Source: a bacterium (GTDB taxonomy: Bacteria > SAR324 > NAC60-12). From it: a stretch of DNA of 64,000 nucleotides. The notes beneath the pieces are model-generated. The model did not search any database and was not told where the DNA came from. It saw only the letters and a program-made list of their open reading frames with translations. This document shows, one piece after another, positions 40,177-47,402 of this stretch. Location: the NCBI GenBank assembly GCA_965233585.1, contig CBDDTI010000747.1, positions 512,001 to 576,000 of the forward strand, written 5' to 3'. The position numbers and the translations under genes are program-made. Position 1 is the first letter of the stretch, and every line of letters starts with the position of its first letter.

Positions 40177-41820
40177 TTATTCATCACCAATGATGGAAGC
40201 CTCAGGCTCTAATTGCTCAATTTCCTCCTTTAGCTTATCGGCTTGGGCTTGTAGCTCGGCAATTTGTTGCTCTAGGGCTTGTTGTTGCTCTGCAGCAATT
40301 TGTTGCAGTATGTCGGGGTCTTTCTCATACAGTTTCAATAGCTCATAGTCGCTGCTTTCATGCAGAGTTTGCAAGGCTTCAATCAGCTCCAGCAGGCGTA
40401 TTTGCAAGCTCTGATACATCTGCTCTAGGGCATGCAGGTTGGATTCCTCGCCAAGCTCTATGGTTTGCCAGCCCTGCTGTTGAATAAACTGTTCGGGGTT
40501 GGCGGCTATCTCCTCTAACAGGGCCAAGTCGCCTTCATCTCTGGCATGGTTAATCACCGCCATGAGCTTTTGGTAGGTCTCCATTTTTTCGGGGTCATTG
40601 TGGTGGCGGTCGGGGTGAAACAGGCGGATGAGCTTGTTCCACAAGGGTTTGATAGCTTTTTTTTGTTCATCAGTTAAGTTCTTTTTGCCACTGGCAGCTT
40701 GCTCGGCTTGCTCTTGCTCTTGTTCGGCTTGCTCTTGCTCTTGTTGAAATGGCTCGTTGAGAGACTCTGCCTCCTCCATACCCTGCTGCATTAAAACATC
40801 TAGGTATTGACTGCGGTAATAAACTATCTGCTGGAGCTTGTTGCGTTTGTGGTGGTAGTGGCTGACCTGTAAAAACAGCTTGGCTTTGAGGGCATCTACG
40901 GCGTTTTTGTCGGTAGTGTATTGTGCCTCTAGCTCAGCTAAACGGTTGCGCAGATTGTTGATAAGGGCTTCTAGCTCTTGTTTTCGTTGCGTGCCATACA
41001 CGGTTAAACTGGTGACATTGCTTGGGCTGGATGTGGGGGTAGATGAGGGATCAAGGGCAATGAATTCTGCCAGTGCCTCCAGTTGTGTCAAATACCATTT
41101 GCCCATCGCTTGGCTACGTTCGTTGTTTGATGAGGCTAACCACTCCAGCCAATCTTTTAGTGCTTGATGACTGCGTGCCTCGCGAAAATCACAGCCCTTA
41201 TATTTTCCAAACGCCAAACGACTGGGATACCAAGGTTGCTGGCAAAAATCCACCACCGCCTGCCAAGTGTTTAGCTCTCGTTGGTCGGCTAGGGGTTGCA
41301 ACACTTGCTGCAGCAGGTCAATCACCGTTTGCACATCGTCTAAGGCAGTGTTTGTACCTCGCTCAGATAGGCGGTAAAACTGCCTTAAAGTTTGTAATTT
41401 GCAGTTGCCTGCGGCGACTGGGTCTAACAAACGTCTAGTGAGTTCCAAGGCACAAAAGCCGCGTCTGCCAATGGGTGCAATACCTAACCGTTGCCATTCG
41501 GGGGTGAGTACTTGGTTTAGGTCGTAGTTTAGGTTGTAGGTTACCAGCGGTGCATCAGCTACATACTGCCTCAATGCCTCGTGTACTTCGCTGGGTGGGT
41601 TGCCATCTCGTTCTAAAATCTCCCTTGTGTAACCGTTTGTGCGAGAGGCTTCGGGCGGTATAGCGGCATCGTGGTTTAATAATTGCCTAAACGGTTCTCC
41701 CACTGCTTGCCAGCCACACATAGTTTGGGCAGCGATCTCTAGGGCAAAAACGGGTCGCTTAAAGCCGGTGGTTTCGGTATCTAATAAGACCCATTTGGTG
41801 TTGTTTATCGGGGGAGTCAT
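40177..41820 (-). CDS. DEDD (DnaQ-like) 3'-5' exonuclease fused to a coiled coil and a DnaJ J-domain
   Basis: LDTETTG (Exo I), YNLNYD (Exo II), TNTALDD (Exo III), AFGKYKG motif, long coiled coil, KLIRLFHPDR J-domain. Confidence 0.88.
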   Translation of the reverse strand: MTPPINNTKWVLLDTETTGFKRPVFALEIAAQTMCGWQAVGEPFRQLLNHDAAIPPEASRTNGYTREILERDGNPPSEVHEALRQYVADAPLVTYNLNYDLNQVLTPEWQRLGIAPIGRRGFCALELTRRLLDPVAAGNCKLQTLRQFYRLSERGTNTALDDVQTVIDLLQQVLQPLADQRELNTWQAVVDFCQQPWYPSRLAFGKYKGCDFREARSHQALKDWLEWLASSNNERSQAMGKWYLTQLEALAEFIALDPSSTPTSSPSNVTSLTVYGTQRKQELEALINNLRNRLAELEAQYTTDKNAVDALKAKLFLQVSHYHHKRNKLQQIVYYRSQYLDVLMQQGMEEAESLNEPFQQEQEQAEQEQEQAEQAASGKKNLTDEQKKAIKPLWNKLIRLFHPDRHHNDPEKMETYQKLMAVINHARDEGDLALLEEIAANPEQFIQQQGWQTIELGEESNLHALEQMYQSLQIRLLELIEALQTLHESSDYELLKLYEKDPDILQQIAAEQQQALEQQIAELQAQADKLKEEIEQLEPEASIIGDE

Positions 41821-43145
41821 CGGATCACCTCTACCTCATCATCGCAACCCAGCCATTTTAAGTTAGGGTTTTGGGAGACATCTAGTGCCGTGAGTTGGTT
41901 GTACTCGCACCACAGCCGTTCTAAGTTAGGGTTTTGGGAGACATCTAGTGCCGTGAGTTGGTTGTCCTCGCACCACAGCTCTTGTAAGTTAGGGTTTTGG
42001 GAGACATCTAGTGCCGTGAGTTGGTTCCTTCTGCAATCCAGCCGTTCTAAGTTAGGGTTTTGGGAGACATCTAGTGCCGTGAGTTGGTTCCTTCTGCAAT
42101 CCAGCCGTTCTAAGTTAGGGTTTTGGGAGACATCTAGTGCCGTGAGTTGGTTGCTTATGCAATCCAGCCGTTCTAAGTTAGGGTTTTGGGAGACATCTAG
42201 TGCCGTGAGTTGGTTGCTTCTGCACCGCAGACATTCTAAGTTAGGGTTTTGGGAGACATCTAGTGCCGTGAGTTGGTTGTACTCGCACCACAGCCGTTCT
42301 AAGTTAGGGTTTTGGGAGACATCTAGTGCCGTGAGTTGGTTGTCCTCGCACCACAGCCGTTCTAAGTTAGGGTTTTGGGAGACATCTAGTGCCGTGAGTT
42401 GGTTCCTTCTGCACCACAGCTCTTGTAAGTTAGGGTTTTGGGAGACATCTAGTGCCGTGAGTTGGTTGTCCTCGCACCACAGCCGTTCTAAGTTAGGGTT
42501 TTGGGAGACATCTAGTGCCGTGAGTTGGTTCCTTCTGCAATCCAGCCGTTCTAAGTTAGGGTTTTGGGAGACATCTAGTGCCGTGAGTTGGTTGCTTCTG
42601 CAATCCAGCCGTTCTAAGTTAGGGTTTTGGGAGACATCTAGTGCCGTGAGTTGGTTGTCCTCGCACCACAGCCGTTCTAAGTTAGGGTTTTGGGAGACAT
42701 CTAGTGCCGTGAGTTGGTTGTCCTCGCAATCCAGCCGTTCTAAGTTAGGGTTTTGGGAGACATCTAGTGCCGTGAGTTGGTTGCTTCTGCAATCCAGCCG
42801 TTCTAAGTTAGGGTTTTGGGAGACATCTAGTGCCGTGAGTTGGTTGGGGGTTTTGGAACCCGCTTCATTGCCACATTTGAGAATTTGCAGATTGGGATAG
42901 CGGCTCACATCCAGTTCGGTCAGCCCTTGGTCGCTGACATCCAGCTCCGTCACGCTGTAGTCCAAATGCTCGGCGACTTGGCTACTTTTTTGAACTAAGG
43001 CACGGGCGCGTGCTAGGGCATCGTTGGCGACCTCGTCTATATGCCGTTGAGCTGCCGGGCTGAGGCTTGGTTGGCTGCTTTGGCGAACAACAGGCAGTTG
43101 TTGGTCTGCTTTGTGGGTATGATCGCTGTTTTCATCACTGTTCAT
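41817..43145 (-). CDS. Cytoplasmic leucine-rich-repeat protein with 16 near-identical 21-aa repeats
   Basis: 16 x NQLTALDVSQNPNLxxLxCxx; RBS AGGAG upstream; stop overlaps the next ATG (ATGA). Confidence 0.93.
   Translation of the reverse strand: MNSDENSDHTHKADQQLPVVRQSSQPSLSPAAQRHIDEVANDALARARALVQKSSQVAEHLDYSVTELDVSDQGLTELDVSRYPNLQILKCGNEAGSKTPNQLTALDVSQNPNLERLDCRSNQLTALDVSQNPNLERLDCEDNQLTALDVSQNPNLERLWCEDNQLTALDVSQNPNLERLDCRSNQLTALDVSQNPNLERLDCRRNQLTALDVSQNPNLERLWCEDNQLTALDVSQNPNLQELWCRRNQLTALDVSQNPNLERLWCEDNQLTALDVSQNPNLERLWCEYNQLTALDVSQNPNLECLRCRSNQLTALDVSQNPNLERLDCISNQLTALDVSQNPNLERLDCRRNQLTALDVSQNPNLERLDCRRNQLTALDVSQNPNLQELWCEDNQLTALDVSQNPNLERLWCEYNQLTALDVSQNPNLKWLGCDDEVEVIR
41838..42845 (-). 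repeat. 16 x 63-bp coding tandem array (42 bp invariant plus 21 bp variable)
   Basis: Invariant + strand block TAAGTTAGGGTTTTGGGAGACATCTAGTGCCGTGAGTTGGTT with exact 63-bp period. Confidence 0.97.
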
Positions 43146-43223
43146 AGTTTAGCTCCTGTTAGGTTGATGTGAGTCGGTCTGTTGGTGATAGAGTCAATTC
43201 AGAAAGGTTTTGTTAGGGAATAC

Positions 43224-44630
43224 CTAATCTTCCATGAACACCGAATGAATCACTTGAAGTGCATGCAAGACAGACTTTTGCTCAATCACGCAGGAGATGT
43301 TAATTTCTGATGCACCTTGTGTGATCATCTCAATATTGATGCCTTCATTGGCTAATGCAGAAAACATTTCTCCTGCTGTGCCAATGGAATGTTTCATGTG
43401 CCTACCAACGAGACTGACGATGGCACGTTCATGCGAAACGTAGGGTTTTCCTAGAGCTTTCAGTCTTGGCACTAAAAGTGGCAGTTTTGAATACTCTGCA
43501 GTAGCACAGGAGATGACAGACTCAGACATAGAAATGAGATCAATGATGATAGATTCTTGGTAAAAGGCATCAAGCACGTATGCCAAAAATCTTGCGGGGT
43601 GGAGTCTTCTGTTTGAGACAAGCTGCACAACTGAAACAGGGTCTTTGGCTGTAACAGCAGTGGCAACAGGTTGTTTACTGGGTTGAATCTGTGAAGGGAA
43701 GTATTTTTTAATTTGGTCTTCAACCACGATGACGGTGCCTTTTTTTTCAGGGTAGAACGTGTTTTTAATGCGTACGGGGACGTCAACAGAAAGTGCTTGT
43801 TCCATTGTCATGGGGTGCAACACTTCTGAACCGAAGTATGTCAACTCTGAAGCCTCTTGTGGTGAGATATAGTCTAACACTCTTGCAGATTCTACTTTGC
43901 GAGGGTCTGCAGTGAAGATGCCGTCAACTTCTTTCCAAATTTGTAACTCATCAGCAATCTTTGCAGCCGCAATCAACGAGGCAGTAAAGTCTGTGTAGCC
44001 ACGTCCGATGGTATCAACAATGCCTCCTTTGACAAATCCCAAAAAACCTGTCACAACGGGAATCACATGAGGGCTGCTAGGTAATTTTTCAAGCACTTTC
44101 CTGCGAAGAGTTGGAATAAATTCAGAATCGGTAGTGTCTAACTTCCCCGGTATGATTTCAGACAAATTGACATACATGCTATGTTGACCCTGATCCTTCA
44201 AAATGCTTGCAAGAGCCATAGCAGACAGTCGCTCACCTGCACCAATGATGAGGTCTTTGGAACGGGGTGAAACCTCTTGAATAACGCCAATAGCTTGTAA
44301 AAATTGCCTCAGCGATTCTAACTCTTGCTTGATGAGTAGCTGGACTTCCCAAAAAATCTCTTGCGAATCAATCGCACCCTGAATGGCATTTAAATAAGTT
44401 TGTTCAATTTGTTCAAGGGGTTTGAAGTAATCCTTGCCTATGAGGGCTAAGCCACTGGCTTGTATGAGTCTGCTGGTTGTGCCTTCTTCTTTGATGTAAG
44501 AACTCATTGCAGAGACAACAGCAATGACAGAAGATTCTTTGGTAGTCTGGCAAATGATTTGAGCAACAGATTTGAGACGTTTGGCGTTCCCAAGACTTGT
44601 GCCTCCAAACTTTTGGACGATTAAAGACAT
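43224..44630 (-). CDS. lysC: Aspartate kinase with ACT domains
   Basis: VQKFGGTS, GRGYTD, WKEVDGIFTADPR, QGASEINISCVI. Confidence 0.93.
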   Translation of the reverse strand: MSLIVQKFGGTSLGNAKRLKSVAQIICQTTKESSVIAVVSAMSSYIKEEGTTSRLIQASGLALIGKDYFKPLEQIEQTYLNAIQGAIDSQEIFWEVQLLIKQELESLRQFLQAIGVIQEVSPRSKDLIIGAGERLSAMALASILKDQGQHSMYVNLSEIIPGKLDTTDSEFIPTLRRKVLEKLPSSPHVIPVVTGFLGFVKGGIVDTIGRGYTDFTASLIAAAKIADELQIWKEVDGIFTADPRKVESARVLDYISPQEASELTYFGSEVLHPMTMEQALSVDVPVRIKNTFYPEKKGTVIVVEDQIKKYFPSQIQPSKQPVATAVTAKDPVSVVQLVSNRRLHPARFLAYVLDAFYQESIIIDLISMSESVISCATAEYSKLPLLVPRLKALGKPYVSHERAIVSLVGRHMKHSIGTAGEMFSALANEGINIEMITQGASEINISCVIEQKSVLHALQVIHSVFMED

Positions 44631-44726
44631 GCGGTGAGAAGGTCAGCAGAAGGTGTTGTCATTTTCAATTTCAATTCTTTTGAGAGTGTTCAAAACAGAG
44701 GTGATGAAAACAGATGGAAGTAGTTG

Positions 44727-45983
44727 CTAAGATTTTTTTGCTGGAGAAGTTGATTTTTTTTCTTCTGCCAGTTCTTTCATTTTTGCTTCTTTTTCCTTCT
44801 TTTTTTGGTGCAGCTTGATAGATTCCTCTCTTGCTCCTTTCAAGGCTAATTTATATTTTTCTGCTTGTGCAGAAGTTCCTGCCACCTTATGCAATTCAAT
44901 GGCAAGCTCCATGAGCTGAACTTTACCTGATGCCGCATCAATTTTTTGGATATTTCCCCGACCCAATGCTTTGATTCCATCTTCAACATACTTCAAGGCT
45001 TGTTTGTGTTGGTCAAGAGACATGCTGTTTTGAGCCATAGAATAATAGGCTTTGTAGGCTTTGGAAAATCGCTTGTTATTTGCTGCTTCTTGGTAATAGT
45101 GATTACTGATTTGAATCATACTTGATAACATTTTGTTGATAGAAATGGGATTTTTACCAGATGGCAGGACAATTTTACTTTTGGGAAAATCTTGGTTGAA
45201 ACGAGTGATGAATGATCGGAGCTTACCCATGTCTTTCACTTGCTGTTTTTGGGATTTTCCACTGACCACTGCCAGATAAAAATCAATGATGTCTTGAAAC
45301 ACCTTGGCTTTATAAATCTGGATTTCTCCACTCTTGAGTAAAAACATGGCACGGCTTTGCACTAGCATGATTTGTTCATACTCGTTCAAATGATAAAAGG
45401 CTTCATAGTGACGTCTGCCCTGCATGTAAAATTTGATGATTCTCTCACGTGATTCTAAGGCAACAAGGTCTTTGTTAACCAGCATCTCAGACATGAGAGA
45501 ATGCACTTTTTTTTCAACATGATACGGAGTGTTGTTAATCGGTGTTAGAACCTTGAAGGTGCTAACCATCAAAGAACATCCTGGTGGATAGACTTTGCGT
45601 GTTGCAGTTTGAACACTGGTTGAGGCAACATCAATGGCAGTGTAAAGCAAAAAAAGTTGCCTTGATACATTGGAGACCTCTTTTGAAGCGGCATCAATGA
45701 TCCATCTTGCAAGAACTTCTATGAATTTTTCACCATCTTTTTGCTGACGGTAAAAAGAGGCACAAATCTGAATGCCTTGTGCCAACAAATTCATATCTGT
45801 TGTGCTGTCAGCAAGCATCTGGGTCACTTGAGAGATGGGAACTTTGACTTTAGAGCTAAAAAGACGGTGCTGTCTTTTTTCCTCTGCTTCCATGATAGAG
45901 CTGGTTAATTTTTTGGTAGAAGCATCAAAATTAAACTCAAAGCATTGAAGTTCTTGATTTTGCGAGGAAGAATCTGCCGACAT
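44727..45983 (-). CDS. Hypothetical helical (TPR-like) protein
   Basis: 418-aa ORF; no recognised motif. Confidence 0.6.
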   Translation of the reverse strand: MSADSSSQNQELQCFEFNFDASTKKLTSSIMEAEEKRQHRLFSSKVKVPISQVTQMLADSTTDMNLLAQGIQICASFYRQQKDGEKFIEVLARWIIDAASKEVSNVSRQLFLLYTAIDVASTSVQTATRKVYPPGCSLMVSTFKVLTPINNTPYHVEKKVHSLMSEMLVNKDLVALESRERIIKFYMQGRRHYEAFYHLNEYEQIMLVQSRAMFLLKSGEIQIYKAKVFQDIIDFYLAVVSGKSQKQQVKDMGKLRSFITRFNQDFPKSKIVLPSGKNPISINKMLSSMIQISNHYYQEAANNKRFSKAYKAYYSMAQNSMSLDQHKQALKYVEDGIKALGRGNIQKIDAASGKVQLMELAIELHKVAGTSAQAEKYKLALKGAREESIKLHQKKKEKEAKMKELAEEKKSTSPAKKS

Positions 45984-46090
45984 AGAGGTTGGAGCAACTA
46001 CAAAATTTGTGAGATTGCAAAATTTTGGAAATCATTTTGCATCGTTTCTCAAAAAGAGAAAGAGTATAACACAACACTATACAATTTGTC

Positions 46091-47353
46091 ATGGCTCATC
46101 TTGACCGTTTTTATTATCTTTTGTCCATCTTTTTTCAGCTAGGGTTTTTGGTCTTAACTTCTGAAGCCTATGCTCAATCTTCAGTAGAATCGGTAGAAAT
46201 TGAATCTATCATCATCTCAAAAAATTGCTCACAAGTCCGTTTTCCAGAATTGCACGACCAAGCACAGCAAAATCCTGATTGTCCGAAATATGGAGACATT
46301 CAGCTCATTCAAATTACCCTTCAAAACAATCTCTCCAAGGTCGTTCCCGCAGTTGTTCAAGTCATGGTTCATAGAGAAGGAGACTTATTGACAACTCTCA
46401 AAAAAGAACAACAGCTTTTGCCACGCTCCCAAGTGCGTTCACTGTTTCAGTACCAAATCCCTCAAGAAGGAGGGGAGTATCAAATTTCGGCAAAACTCTT
46501 AGACCTTGAAACCCCAGAGAACGTCATTGCTTTGTCAAAATTTGCGACCAATCAACGTTTTTATCTGCTGAAGCAGTCAGAACTTGACCGCGTGAAAGCG
46601 ACAGAGGAGCTGAGAATTGCAGAGGGTCAAAGGATTCCCCAGCAACTTAAATTTGACCCGCCAGACCTTAAATGGGAGCAAATCCATGTGTTCCCCAAAC
46701 ATGTTCTGCGTGGTGAAAAACTGCGTTTGCGGGTAGATTTGACCAACGTCGGTGGAGACCTTGCCCGAAATGTCAAATCTCGTGTGAGTTTCTATAATGT
46801 TCGTTTGCCAAGACGAAAAACGATTATTGCAGAGCCTGCTGTTGACCTTCTTGCACCCGGTGAGACAGCAACATTTGAGTTAGAATATACCTTCCCCGGG
46901 GACCAGATTTTAGGAGAGTACAAAATTGAAGCGGTTTCAGATGTTAGAAATCTGATTCCAGAGATTGATGAGGAAAACAATGCACTATCATCTGAACTGA
47001 TGCAGCTCAGCGACATTAAACTTCTGCTTCCACCTGATAAATTTTCATTTGAAGAAGAGGGGTTGTTTTTGTTTCAATGGGACAGCATCACCTTCCGAGA
47101 GTTTAAACTGCAGATTGGCATTAACAAAAAATTTGATGACCCTAACAACTACTTTGAGTTACCTCAAGGAGGACGTTGGGTCTCTGACAAGGAGCTTTCA
47201 CCTCTCAAAGGAGAACTTCCAGAGATGGGAATTGGTCTAACCAAAAGATTCCGAACCAGAACACTTTACTGGAGAATTGTTGGCAGACAATCCAGCGGGC
47301 AACAAACGCACTCTACTCCCCGAGAGTTTACCATCGGTCAGCAAGAAGACTAA
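46091..47353 (+). CDS. Secreted protein with a CARDB/Ig-like domain
   Basis: Signal peptide (AYA), PDL...LTNVG...LAPGE...IPEIDEENN CARDB signature. Confidence 0.75.
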   Translation: MAHLDRFYYLLSIFFQLGFLVLTSEAYAQSSVESVEIESIIISKNCSQVRFPELHDQAQQNPDCPKYGDIQLIQITLQNNLSKVVPAVVQVMVHREGDLLTTLKKEQQLLPRSQVRSLFQYQIPQEGGEYQISAKLLDLETPENVIALSKFATNQRFYLLKQSELDRVKATEELRIAEGQRIPQQLKFDPPDLKWEQIHVFPKHVLRGEKLRLRVDLTNVGGDLARNVKSRVSFYNVRLPRRKTIIAEPAVDLLAPGETATFELEYTFPGDQILGEYKIEAVSDVRNLIPEIDEENNALSSELMQLSDIKLLLPPDKFSFEEEGLFLFQWDSITFREFKLQIGINKKFDDPNNYFELPQGGRWVSDKELSPLKGELPEMGIGLTKRFRTRTLYWRIVGRQSSGQQTHSTPREFTIGQQED

Positions 47354-47402
47354 AAGATTTAGACTAAAAGATTTTGAAGACCTCCTTTCAGATGCTTCTT
47401 TT

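Noticed and set aside
41838..42845. CRISPR array (42-bp repeat plus 21-bp spacer look-alike)
   Set aside because: The spacers are too short and are variants of one another, the period is exactly 21 codons in an open LRR frame, and no cas genes are present.
41838..42845. Diversity-generating retroelement target
   Set aside because: No reverse transcriptase or separate template repeat in the window, and the variation is not confined to adenine positions.
41890..42900. 336-aa plus-strand ORF antisense to the LRR gene
   Set aside because: A shadow of a stop-free repeat unit; the minus strand has the RBS, LRR consensus and operon coupling.
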